DNA of 64,000 nucleotides from Trichoplax adhaerens (Eukaryota > Animalia > Placozoa): positions 976,695-1,040,694 of the forward strand of contig NW_002060947.1 in NCBI RefSeq assembly GCF_000150275.1, read 5' to 3'. Under the pieces are notes generated by a model, which did no database searches, was not told the DNA's origin, and was given only the letters and a program-made list of their open reading frames with translations. Shown here one piece after another: positions 37,252 through 50,665 of this stretch (position 1 is its first letter; every line of letters begins with the position of its first letter). The translations under genes were made by a program, and so were the position numbers.

Positions 37252-38130
37252 ACCGGTCAAAGTTTGCCATTCTTAAGCTATTAAGCTATCATTCCCTAGC
37301 TCACATTCTCCATCTTTTGATGGAGAACATACGATCCGTAAGCTATCATTCCCTAGCTCACATTCTCCATCTTTTGATGGAGTTGAGTTGAGTAGGTCAA
37401 AGTTTGCCATTTATAAATGATGGAGAACATACGATCCTTAAGCTATCATTCCCTAGCTCACATTCTCCATCTTTTGATGGAGTCGAGTTGAGTAGGTCAA
37501 AGTTTGCCATTCATAAATGATGAATAACATACGATCCTTAAGCTATCGTTCCCTAACTCACATTCTCCATCTTTTGATGGTTGTGCTGTTGAGTAGGTCA
37601 AAGTTTGCCATTTATAAATGATGAATAACATACGATCCTTAAGCTATCACTCCCTAACTCACATTCTCCATCTTTTGATGGTTGTGCAGTTGAGTAGGTC
37701 AAAGTTTGCCATTTATAAATAACATACGATCCTTAAGCTATCATTCCCTAGTTAAGCTATTAAGCTATCATTCTCTGACATTCGCCAAATCTTTTGATGG
37801 TTGTGGAGTGGAGCAGGTCAAAGTTTGCCACTTATAAATGATGGATAACATACGATCCTTAAGCTACCATTCCCTAACTGACATTCTCCATCTTTTGATG
37901 GTTGTGTAATGTGTAGTTGAGTAGGTCAAAGTTTTGCCACTTATAAATGATGGAGAACATACGATCCTTAAGCTATTAAGTTATCATTCCCTAACTGACA
38001 TTCTCCATCTTTTGATGGTTGTGCAGTTAAGTAGGTCAAAGCTTGCCACTTATAAATGATGGAGAACATCCTTAAGCTATCATTCCCTAACTGACATTCG
38101 CCATCTTTAGATGGAGTCGAATTGAGTAGT
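37252..38130. repeat. ~100-bp tandem array (~8 units) carrying AGGTCAAAGTTTG and a ccatc-tttt-gatgg hairpin
   Basis: AGGTCA at 37394, 37494, 37595, 37696, 37815, 37923 and 38033, plus CGGTCA at 37254. Unit core taagctatcattcccta.ctcacattctccatcttttgatgg. Confidence 0.9.
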
Positions 38131-38484
38131 CCCGGATTGCTACAGTACTATAGTACAGTGTACAGTAGATTGAAAAGGATCTTGAGTGTAGACCACCAAT
38201 GTGGTATGTATTTGTCATAGTGATTATACAATACCCTACTCTTTTCAGTCAATTAAGGGTTATGCATAGCAATGACACAAACAGTTATATCATGCCTAGG
38301 ACTACGGTTTCAGAGCTTAGATTAACTGGTGTTACAGACTGGTATACTGTAGTACTGTAGATAGACTACCCCAAAATGGACTCCACTGATATTGGATCAC
38401 TATAGTCCATGGGCCTTGTAAAGCGTAGTAAAGTAAGGTGGTAGAGCACGCTTGCCAAGACAATATTGCCTGCAGATTTTGCCT

Positions 38485-38531
38485 CAATTCTGCTCGCAAT
38501 TCTGCTTGCAATTCCGCTTGCAATTCGCTTT
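38485..38531. repeat. 12-bp minisatellite (caattctgcttg) x4 upstream of MRPS21
   Basis: caattctgctcg caattctgcttg caattccgcttg caattcgctt. Confidence 0.8.
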
Positions 38532-38577
38532 CAAAGCAGTTGATAACGACACGTAGGGAGATCAGAATCCATTGGCC

Positions 38578-38835
38578 ATGCCAGCCCACGCTGGATTCCT
38601 TGCTAGGACTGTTTTTGTTCGAAATAACGCTATTGAGGCAGGCTATAAATCATTGCAAAGGATATTAAACAGAGAATGGATACCGCAAAAAGTAGAGAGA
38701 AAACGATATTATGAAAAACCCACCGTTAAACGACGACGATTAGAGCATGAAAAATGCAATCGAATATTGCTACGAGAATCCAAGAAAAGAGTCGATTTTA
38801 TCATGGCAAGACATCGACCATCACCTTGGATTTAA
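38578..38835 (+). CDS. MRPS21: Mitochondrial ribosomal protein S21 (bS21m), single coding exon
   Basis: HAGFLARTVFV..AGYKSLQRIL..RKRYYEKPT.KRRR..EKC.RI..DFIMARHRPSPW matches the MRPS21 signature. Confidence 0.93.
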   Translation: MPAHAGFLARTVFVRNNAIEAGYKSLQRILNREWIPQKVERKRYYEKPTVKRRRLEHEKCNRILLRESKKRVDFIMARHRPSPWI

Positions 38836-41645
38836 TGCCATTTACTTTATTCTACTGCGTGGTCATCAATGCAAGGAAATGGGTATAGAGGACGCGGTGA
38901 AAACACCACACTATTCCAACATGGATGCCCTTGGCGAGATGGATAATTGATTTTTCTATCAGCCGTCAGCGAATCCAATTCCATCTCAACATCGCTACTC
39001 TTCGTTACAAATTGAATCATTGCTAGCTAGTATTATAAAGACTACTCCACAATCCGATCATTCTAGTATAATAAAATTGCATCACTTCAATCGTTGTATC
39101 ATGCATAAAACTTCAAAAGTAATCGTAAATTTAGAATCAGTATTTTATATGCAAGCCCATGCATTCAGTAACATGCTAGCGTATGCTTTTGTAGAGTATT
39201 TCTCTTTTAATATGTACAGTACATTGGTAAACGGCCTACATGGAATGGTGGACATGCATTGCTTATGCTATTTTACCACTTTCCTTGACAGGGCTAGTAT
39301 CTTCGCTGTACAGGGTAAAATCGGCCTTAATTTCTTACTAAAAGTCCATAATCACATCGTTTGACATTGTAAAAATGCAGCGTTGAATTAGAGTACGCTT
39401 TGAATAGAATACTGTATATCAACGCTGTCTATCCTCCATTTTTATAGTACGTGTAAAACTAAATGTGTAGTGTAACGTTGCCTGCGGTATATAGAAATTA
39501 TTATCAAGACCATAACGTCTGTGATGGATGCCGATAATCCTATGCCAGCGAAGGATGGTTCAAAATGAAATGTAAATATATTTCATCCAAAACATTGGAC
39601 TGTCTTTTGGTAGTTTGGACGACATCACAACAAACTTATGGGACATTTAGTATATTGTTCGGATCGATAAAATACGGCCATTCTCGTAAGGAGGATTATA
39701 AAAATAATAAAAACATACTGTAAAATGATCTAATTGAACCATGTTGTCTTGACATGCTTGCATGCATAGTTAGATTGGCGAGTGTTGACTTCCGGTACAC
39801 ATTTATTGAACTTACTACACCTAGATATTGAAAACTTACTTTATCAATGACGGATATAGCCAGCCCCATAATGGATATTGCACTAGCAGATATGCAAGGT
39901 GAAATCAATAAAAACTGTCTATAAATTAAAAACACGATTACGGGGCATCGTTTATTCATAGACTACAAGAAGATTCCTTCTAGGTTGTCTTCTACTACAG
40001 TAGTTCATGCCTTGCTGTCCTCGTGTACATGGACTCTTTTAGTGATATCTGACCTACTGAGCAAGTAAATTGGCTACAGCATCTAATAACACTGCATGTA
40101 TGTGTTGTCGGATATCGAAATCCACAAGCATTCTCGAATACTGTCCATGATGATTCTTACTAGCCTGACTGTATTCTAATCGAATAACTATTCACTAAAT
40201 TCCATCTTTAGCTGATGATACACTACTACTTGCAGGCTAATTACAGCCAGAAATACTACTACTTATAATCGATTCTCTCTCCACGCGATGAAACTTTTAC
40301 TGTACGAATGTAGAACAGTGATTGCTTTCCATCTTACACTCATTAACCTGCAGTGAATTAAAATCTACATACCAGACATACAACATACTCGTATAGGGTA
40401 TGTTGCTGACTAATATGTACAAATTTAAAGATAACAAGAGAAGATGTGTATTCTTAATACAGCAAGGACTTGCATGCAATGAAGTAGATAGTATTTTGGT
40501 GCTAACTATTAAATAAAGTTGTGCTTATAACAATATCGCATTAAATTCGAACTGTTGAAAAGTAGGACAAATCACCTAGTGTTATTAAAATAATACGTTG
40601 ATTCTTGGTTGATTGTGGTCTGTAGATTTAATATACCAACAGATGGAATTGAAGGAATAGTAACTCACATGCAATCTAGTTCCCAGGCTGATCTTAAAGT
40701 AGGCCTAGTAGCTGTTCTACTGATAATAATTGTCGTTTATAGAGAGAATATATCGGTATCAATTGAGCCTAATGAACCGTAAGAAAGAAATGACAATAAC
40801 ATTCTTTATCAACAACTTTACAATCGTGACATTAACTACTAATGGACAGATCAAGCAATCCAATTTAAAGTAGAATCGATGTATATTTAATAATAGTTAG
40901 GTTGATTATTATTCTAGATTTATCATTTTCTATGCTCAAGCGAAAGGTAAAAATAATAAACTAAAGTCGATGCATAACGAGAGCCAAATGATTATAACTT
41001 CAAAGTGGTTATATCATGATCTCTGTAGCTACAGCACGAGGATTATTTTACTTGTATATCGAAGTGACGCCTTTGAATTCTGGTATATTACTTATTATGA
41101 AAATATAACCAGCAGCTCTTGATAAGATACAAGTAACAAGTACGATAATCGAGATATCCCGCAATGCAAAGCTTGTTGATTCTACAATCATTTATAATAT
41201 AATATCAAATACTCAATGACTAATTATAATTATCAACTATTGTCAAGCTCGAGCCAAAAATTTTCCACCTGTCAATTCGATACATTCAATACCACCAAGT
41301 AGAAGACAAAGCATGGTTGTATAATAATGCATATGCAACTTTTACATCCAATTCAATCACCTAGTTCTAGTAGTTGATATTTTGTTAGACAGTTATCGTA
41401 TTAGTATAGTACAATACATGATAGGTAAGTAACAATACCAGTACATGAAAAAAATGAATGAAATATGTATCTGCTCCACAGTAAAACAGCATTACAACAT
41501 TTGGTCTACGAAATGTTAGTAGAATTAAGATAGAAAATCACCAATTCAAGAGCTTTCTTAATCATCAATAAAGTTCGAAACATAATGATCTACTTTTAAT
41601 GCAATGTATTGCCATGATAACATCAAATCCAGGTTATAATATATA

Positions 41646-44600
41646 TTACTCTCTAGCAATGAGACCGTTTAGTTCCGGTTGCAAAAAGTTGTCTACTAGA
41701 GCTGATATAATATCCGCTAACAATGCCTTCACATCTTCTTCAGAAACCCTACAAAGTATATGGTAGCCGTATTAATTAATACTTACACTTTTTGAAAATA
41801 AATTAAATCTTGTAATAATAACTAACTTGACGCCTGGTTGTGATTTCAATTCAACGTAATATTTTAGCTTTGGTTCCGTGCCACTAGTTCTAAGTGTTGC
41901 GATACAGCCATTCTCAAATGAGAATGTAATCATTTGTGATGATGCGCTAGAAGGTAGTAACTGTTCCATGCATATCAATAGGAAATAAGAAATTAAGATA
42001 ACGCCTTTGCAATCATAAATTTTAGGTTGATAATACAGCACATACCGCTTTGAGGTCAGGTTGACTACTGTCATATCCAGTCGTTAAATCTCTTACATAT
42101 TTAATTTTAAACGAGCCACAGGCAGCTGGATACTACATTTTCAATTTAACCATGAATAAGACAACATTATTTTTATCGCAACTGCATTTATAACAATTTG
42201 AAGTTATTGGCAGGAATGGCATAATATTTCTTATATACTAACAGCCTGTTACTAGATCTAACCTTGTTGTCTCCATCGTAATTTCGCAAGCGCGAAAAAA
42301 TTTTTTCGATTGTCGGTTGTGAATAGCATAAGAAATAACTAGTAACAGCAACATGGCGTCCATATCTGGATTCATTAATATCCAAAAACGAACAAGAATA
42401 GACTGCATTAGTTTCAAGCGTCAGTCAGTTCAACTGGCATCTCTACTGTTACCTTTCCCAAATTCTTTCTAGTTGATCGTTGATAGTCAATCCATTATCT
42501 GCCAAGTATCTAGCCATATCACCTACTACAGCAGCTGCATGCACTCCGTCTTTATCCAAAACAAATGTATCACACATAAATCCTAAATAAAGGTTGAGGA
42601 GAAAATACCGAATTATATACAATACCTTAATAAGTTTCATAACACTCATAAATAATGATTTTTATTACCAATAGCTTCCTCAAAGGCAAATAAAACCCTT
42701 TTCCCGTCCTGCATAAGTTGATCACTTCGATTTCCCATCCATTTAAATCCTGTTAATGTGTCCTACAGCACACAAAGAAGTTTATCAGCAACATAATATT
42801 AATCTCACCTAAGGTCAAGACAGAGAGTTATGTGACGATACCTCAAAGTTAATGCCTTCAACTAATGCAATAGCACCTAATATAGTGGATGAGACGGTGC
42901 TAGACAACATGTATACATTGGAATCTGTTAAATAATATCAATAAGAGAGTGCTTAGTATGTTTTCTTCAATTTTACAGCTACGTATCATGTGTAATTTTA
43001 TTTATTTCTTGTTATAATCACCTTGAAAGGTTTTGCTATGATCACTTTGCTTAAAAGTGTAATAAGACCACCAGCCAAGTAAGGCACCGATTTCGTTGCC
43101 GCTCAAGATCTTCCAAGTTCCACTGGTAATGAAAACATTTAATTTATTTCAACAGTTAATAAGCAACATTCATTACAAAAATTTTTAAAAATACATTGAA
43201 TATTTGCGAGTTCTTACTCTGATTGTTGTTCGGCTACTGCCAACCTATCAGCATCCGGATCGTTGGCAAGGATAATAGTACAGTTCTTTTCTTTGGCGGT
43301 TTTTATTGATAATTCCTAGATATATTATAATCAAGTCAGACGACAATCCGCTAGTTAGAGCAATACAAACACAATTCATATTGCCATACTAGAAAAATCT
43401 ATTTTTCCAAACGTGACAATGTTAGAAGTTAATCCTACTATCAAGTTATTCTATGGAATGTTTGACTGTGCCTTTCATATCTTACCAATGCACCTCGTCC
43501 TTCTTCAGGATTGGGGTATTTAACTGTTGGAAATTCCGGATCCGGTTCGCACTGTAAGATAAAGATTAATTTTGTTTCGATTTTAAAATAAGTCATACAA
43601 TAACGTCAGATATAGCACTTGGTTTTAACATAATGCAATCAGAAGAGCACAACAAAGAGTTTACGCTCTGTGCACTTTGTATCATTTATGTTTAGTGCTA
43701 AAACTATCGTAAGTCGAGGAGGGAGGTATTGTGTGCATCTTTAAATAGAATTCGATCGAAAAATTTTTATACAATAAAAATAAATAAATTATATTCAAGT
43801 ATCAACCTGTTCTTTTACTTCATGAAAGTCAGGAAGAGAAAATGCTCGGAATGACTCTTTTGAAAATTTACAACCAACGCCATGCATAGCACTATAAACA
43901 ATTCCTATTTTACTTTCCGATGTAGCATTTGCTCTTGAGATATCAATACAAGCATAAAAGTAAAAATTTTAAAATCAACTTTAAAACTTATACAGCATAT
44001 AACGTTAGTAGGATTAACTGACAATAAAAATATCAATAATCGCTGATTCTAACCCGTAATGAAATCGCTTCTTGATTATAGAAAAGTATTCCTGATATAT
44101 TTCGTCATATGGATCGATAGCTGAATTAACAATTTCGGTATCCCATGAATCAGCCCACGGTTCCATATTATTAGTAATTAAATTTTTTATATTGACATCA
44201 TGTGGTGGAATAATTTGAGCACCGTTGTTCCAATAAACCTTGTAACCATTGTCTTCCTTCGGATTATGAGATGCAGTAATCATGATTCCCGCACAACACT
44301 TCAAATAACGAACTCCAAAGGCCTATCGGAATATAGAATGTAATCAGGTCAAGATGAACAGGACCTATCGTATGCCATATATCTATCGTTGAAGCCTATT
44401 AAAATTTATCTAGTGCAACGCTAGACATGGTTTACAATAAACTTACAACGAAAGGTGTAGGAACTATCTTTGAAAAAAGGTAAGTACGTATCCCTTGATG
44501 ACGGAATATTCCAGCAGTTAATTGAGCAAACCTATTCAATGTCAGAATTACGATTGAATATAGGTAGTTGATTATTCGTATATTATCAGTCTATTGCATT

Positions 44601-47600
44601 AATGGCATACAACTATTGAAAGCTATCAATCAATTTCGACATAATCTCATAAATACAGAATTAGATATGGCATCGATTCATACCGGTGACTATTATATCG
44701 TGCATCGAAACCAATTACAACACCACCTTCCTTAATTTCAGGAAAGCTTTGCTGTAAATATCGGCAGAACCCCTATTATAACATTTAAATGGATAAAATC
44801 GATAAGGGCAAGATTTATTAGGTAGATACAATATACGCATAACTAACAGCGTAAACGTAGCATAACACTTATTGCGTAACATAGATTGTTCGAGTAGACT
44901 TGTACCTGCGTGCTCTGAATAATTGTTAAGTCATTTAAACGATTATAGCCTGCGCCCATTTTAGCTCTTAGACCTAATAAAACAATATCAATCTTTATTC
45001 AGCTATCATGCAAAATACTTGCATCCAACTTCAAGCGCGATAACAGCATCTAAAATAGAATCTATTGATATCGGCTATTCGATTCTTAGCTATTCTATCT
45101 TTTACCAGCGGTTCCAAAACTTAATCTATTCATCAATCTTCCTTTTAATTCGTCATACTGTTTGTCTTGCAGTAAATTTAAAATTTCAGTCCGGGTTTTA
45201 ACATTCTACAAATCAAATCAAATAGAATCATTAGTACAATGATGATTGATTATGTTTATGTTCTTGCATAAATATTGATTAATTATTATTCTAATTTTTA
45301 TTATCAAGGTTTCTTCTATGTGGTATTTCATTGACCAAGTAACAATTTTCTCGATTATAACTTTATCACCGATGTACAGCAGTAACTAAATGATTTAGGA
45401 TGAAAGTATCCATTGTAGGAGCTGTTCTATTTCTTTTTAGCCATTATTAAACAACTACTACAGTAGTGAACTGAAGTAAGTCGATTAATTGAACGACAAA
45501 GTAAGAGTAGCAAACGATTATTTTTGGAGATAGTGTGTTAGCGAAAGAAACCTATAAATTAATAATGGCAAGAGGTAGAACGAGATCATTGAGGCCAACT
45601 GCAAATAACACCACCCATAATTGAACAAATAGCCTACGTTGGAATAAGTTAGAGTTGCCCCCTAGCATTATATGCCTTATACGTATATAAGAGCAAAAGG
45701 CAGCCATGAAGCATTAATTAGCAATTATTGTTAAATGATTGCTAAATAATATACTTAACAGCATGACCAGGAGGGTGGCTTATTTTTCATCACAGGAATA
45801 TTTTACTCGACCGTAGCAGATCTTTCACCAAACTATTCCAATTAGCAGCTCCCATAGAAATTTTCAACCGTTGATGACAACTAATTCATTCATTCATAGG
45901 CGTATCAATATTACCAACTCAAAATGTTATAGAAGTTCTAGTAAAGTATAATTTCCGATTATATGCAAGGATTTTTTAAGATTTTCTATTAGAAGGCCCT
46001 ATGTGCAAGATGATCGGCTAGAAATGCAAAATATAGATTCGTCTTTTCCTAAATTTCTGAGAATTGAAATAAGATTTATACAAACTCAGCAAAATGAAAT
46101 GGAATTACACTGTTTGTCAATCATGTCGCAGAGCCGACATCATCAACTCTAAGCAACAGTTGGGAAAAGGATTCGCGAGAAATGGAAAACGTAGGCTTGT
46201 CCACTCTCAATTGACTGCATATTGAAGTCCCTGTAGGATCAGCATAAGCTCAACATCATGAAAAGGGTTGGTACTTTAGGAAGCTACATCTACTCTACCA
46301 TCGACTACCAAAGTTCCCATTTTATTAGTTTGTGACTCTCCATCGATCAGTGGATGTTGAAATAACATCTACAAATTCGGTGTAAAGAAATGGTTGAACA
46401 AGTCTTTGCCAGCGGTGTCGAAGAAACATGCAATAACCCATCAAATAGACAACAACAGTTTATAGCGTAATCTATAGAGTAATTTAGTCGATGTAGAAAT
46501 AAACAATGACTAATTCGGCTTGATAACCAATAGTCAATTCAACATTGTACTTTTACGGTTGGGAAATCCGAAGAAATGCTGCTGCCAATCAAATATAAAG
46601 AGAGAATTGCTCAAGATAGAAAATAAAGCGACCAATTGAAATTCTTGTTTACGATGATTTGGTAGGTATCATATTTGAGTTGTACAATGGAGGGTTAAGG
46701 GTTGAGTAGATTATTATCTACAATATTCAATTCAATTATAATTATTCATTATCGACTATCTATCAAAACTGTTATAAATTGCGATCAAAAGTCAAGTTAA
46801 GGAATAAATTTGTCCATGTCAATTGGTATGCATATTACTTCATCTCTTGATGCATACTTTTACTTGCAAACTTTGACGAAACTATTGAAAACGGTGATGA
46901 GGTTAAGCAAATAACGTAGAATGAAACTACTTCATAGATGCGCCATTTTGTATTCTTTACAGGACAGTACAGTATTTAATAACAAACACTTTTTGGGTTT
47001 TAAGCCAGCAAGAGGAATGGATCGAGTATAGCCTATCAGTAATCGTAGTTTAAGGGCTTGTGCTAAATATCGATACAGAGTACGATGATGACAGTTTATC
47101 AAGCTATGATTTCTGTTTTAGTTGTTTGTCGTAGGTAAGTGATGAACAAACTCCATAGTCTGCAGTTGAAAAAGTCGCTTTGAATGATACAGACAACTTT
47201 CATCTTTAATATCTGCTTAGCTGTTGTTGAAATGGAGATTTTTAGCCATACTATAGTACACACCAGGCCTACCCAAGAATAGTATGGCCCATACAGTAAC
47301 AATATTAATAACATGAAACTATCACGACAAGAAGATCCTTTTTCATCAACTCGGATCTCGCTGACCGTGTTGATCAGACTGCGCTATCCATCGATAGCAA
47401 GAGTTAAGTTATGCATTCTCTTTTCATCAACCGATTGGACATGCATAAAATGACGAATGTCGAAATCGGCAATGGACTATACTAAATACATTGAGTAGTC
47501 TAAGTTAGATTTCTCATCGACGCAGAAAGATATGACAATCAATCATCCGTATAGTAGTACGCCTCGTCCATTTTGAAATGGAAAACGACATCTTGTACTT

Positions 47601-48645
47601 GATGTGGGTAAAAAATTTAGCAAAGTCATGACCGATTTGGAGCCTACAGTACAGCTAGAGAGGAAGGATAGTCAAATTGAACGTTCTCGTTGCTATCCAC
47701 ATAACGATTATTTAAGAGATCCACCTTCAACTTGACTGTCGATGCAACAAGCGGTTTCCTGGCCATACTGGCCATTTGATACGAGTTGCCATGTTTGCTG
47801 TACAATAAGTTTTACCAATCATTTCAACTAGTAATACATTGGTGAAGAGCAGAAAATCAACTTTTACGCTGCTATTACAATATTCCATTACAATGTAGGA
47901 CGAGCTGTACCTTACAAATAGGGTAGGAAAAAAGAAATCGAATGGCTTGCAGATTGTTGTACGATATTAGTACAGCCATCTAGCCTTGCAAGCTGGTCAG
48001 GGAGATTACATCGTCACGCCAGTCGACAAGGCCCGAATTGATGTTACTGATGAAACATGCACCTTTACCCCAACATTGGCAAAGCATTGACTGATTCATC
48101 ATCCGCTCCTCTACTACAGTCTATCCATCACTAGTATGATCATGTTATCCCCATAGCCTGTTGTTATTGAATCGATGAAAAATAGCAAGACCAATGCTTT
48201 GATTTTTTTATTAAGCAAATATTTCATGGTACGCCATAGTTTGGGTGTGCCTGGTGTAGGCATGATAGCATTGGATTGATAAACAGCTCTCTACTACAGT
48301 CTATCCATCACTAGTATGATCATGCTATCCCCATAGCCTGTTGTTATTGAATCGATGAGAAATAGCAAGACCAACGCTTTCACTTTTTTTAAATTAATTA
48401 ATATAAGCAAGTATTTGATAGTACGCCATCCTTCGGGCGTACTTGGTGTAGGCACGTTAACATTCAATTTCATTTTGTAAGCTTGTACGTTCAGAGCGCC
48501 CTTGGATATTGCAGTCGATCGCGTACTCGATGTTGCTGCTATTCCACTATCCTACCTGATCATAACGTAGCCATTCCTTAATCTTTTGATCTAACATTTC
48601 ATCTCCGGTATTGCAATCGATCGGTTGATCATTTGGGGAAGCCAT
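41646..48645 (-). CDS. PGM2: Phosphoglucomutase-2 / phosphopentomutase family, multi-exon; first exon 48645-48556, ~3.3-kb first intron
   Basis: [15 protein letters not shown]|[20 protein letters not shown], catalytic TASHNP, metal loop [36 protein letters not shown], ending [13 protein letters not shown]. Cannot be fully separated from PGM2L1. Confidence 0.92.
48109..48462. repeat. 180-bp tandem duplication in PGM2 intron 1
   Basis: ctctactacagtctatccatcactagtatgatcatg at 48109 and 48289. Confidence 0.9.
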
Positions 48646-49030
48646 GGCGTTGTTGTTGCTTTCTTTTCCTATATTCAATCGTCACTTATGGCTTGAAAAG
48701 CTGATGCAATGTACAGCTCCAAATAGACTAATTGGAGATACAAGGGAGAGGCCAAGAAAAAGAGTAAATTATATAGACTGCTCAGAGCCTACAGTACAGT
48801 AAATGCCAGTCCAAGATATTGTAATAATTAATTTCGAGATTGGGTGGCAGGCTGGCAGCTCTGCAGTAGTTTCCACTGGTGGAAATTATTATTATTATTA
48901 TTAGCGAGTGGGAGTGGGCTGGTAGGGTACAGTAGTAATTGGTAACGCACTATCCAGGAGAATAACAAACTGCACTATTTGCGCTCATCGGCTAGCGTTT
49001 ACTACGATCTTGACTTACCGTATGGGACTG

Positions 49031-49620
49031 TATGTTGTAGTGTTGCATCAGCACGAAGTCAGGTGGCTTAATTAATCATAAGCATCCCATAAGGACCTGA
49101 GGGAGGTTTACCACTGCTAGTAGGATCCAATTCTTGCTAATTTGCCATGGTTGTGGTAACAGCAAGGCAGTCTATTCCATCTCTAATCATATCCATTGCA
49201 AATTTAGTCTATTAGTCTAGGTTAGAAATGCTAGAAATTGAATCTGATGAATAATTTTATACTGCTTTTGTCATCACAGCCATCAAATAAGTAAACTGTG
49301 TGGAACTGTTGCTATGGCTCGAAGTGGGACAATGATATGTTGTAGTATTGCATCAGCATGCATTTCCAGTAGTAGAAAGTCAAGAATAAATCAATCAATA
49401 CGCTATACCCATGCAACACTGGTCAGGAGTGGATCCCTGACTATATTTATAGATGGTAGAGAGAGATTTTATTAGTCCCTACTAGAGCTTCAATTAGAAC
49501 CAGCAATCAAGACAACCTCGATTCAAGAAATGACCCATCTTGCTATGGTCATGGAAACTGCAATGCAGTCTACACAATCTTCAATCATAAAATATATACA
49601 TTGCAAACCCAGTCCGTTCT
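49031..49620. repeat. Old diverged duplication upstream of PGM2
   Basis: tatgttgtagt.ttgcatcagca at ~49031 and ~49337. A tcttgcta..gcagtcta..aatcata..cattgcaaa block also recurs. Confidence 0.55.
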
Positions 49621-49928
49621 CTAGATTACAACTATTGTTATGATTAATTCCCAAAATGCTATTCAACGAATATCGAAAAATTGCACTTACACTGGTATCC
49701 TAATAAGTTAAGTTAGCAGGTTTCTACCTGCAGCTTTGTAACTTCACTCCCTGACTACAATGCACTTTCTGACTGTTGTTTGACTAACATTTATAGAAAT
49801 ACGTTTACTGAAATATCCTCATGTGATTGGCACTACAAACTGTATCGTCTAGGATATACGTATAACGAAGCAGTATTGCCACGGAGAAAAAATTCACTAA
49901 AAATATTTCTCGAACTATTTATTTGTAG

Positions 49929-49969
49929 CTACGACCATAGATCACTAGCCTAGTGATCTATGCTATGAC
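49929..49969. mobile_element. 27-bp palindrome flanked by 7-bp near-direct repeats (candidate DNA-transposon remnant or footprint)
   Basis: ctacgac-CATAGATCACTAG-c-CTAGTGATCTATG-ctatgac. Confidence 0.5.
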
Positions 49970-50665
49970 AAATCCCAAACATGGCCTATAACGGTATTTA
50001 ACTGCTGTGATAGAAGAGTGATGATAAAAAAAGTTGATCTCTTGATTTAACATAGTTGCAATATACAGCCGTAAAGAGGAGAATAATACCATTGAGCAGC
50101 AAAGTGTCTTATAATTAGAAAAGCGAACAACAATATAGCTATAATATATAATACGATAGAGTAATTACCGTAATCAACGCGTCAGACTACAGCATTTCAT
50201 AATTGGAGAAAGTCCCTTCTTGACGGGCTTATACCTATTTGCTATTAAATCCAACATGGCATATTTCATATACAGATAATTCGCTAGCTATTAAGCGCCA
50301 CTGTTAACAGGTGCGAAATTCATAGAACGGTAATACACTTTCATTTTTGGCAAGTCATAATTAAAAGAAATTAAAATAGAGGCTTTGGAAACAGTGTTAC
50401 AGCCTTATAAATACAGCATAACTAGACGTTAAGTTACTGAAATAAATAGCTTTCTATTACGAAGCAAAGTTTCACGACAGGACTCTAGCAATACCTTTAT
50501 GCATTTACAATGATCTCTAAATAAGAGTTTTTGATACATTTTCCGATTTTTAAATGAAGCATCTGAATTCAAGGTCAAAAAGAAATAATGACTCGAGGTG
50601 TACGCACTTTGCACATGTACAAAATAAATATACGAATATAGTTAGTACTAAACTATATGCAATAG

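Noticed and set aside
37252-38130. CRISPR-like appearance (hairpin-containing repeats at a regular period)
   Set aside because: Whole units are repeated with no unique spacers, there are no cas genes, and the context is eukaryotic.
39020-40479. Short ORFs between MRPS21 and PGM2
   Set aside because: No recognisable homology or splice structure; likely intergenic or UTR.
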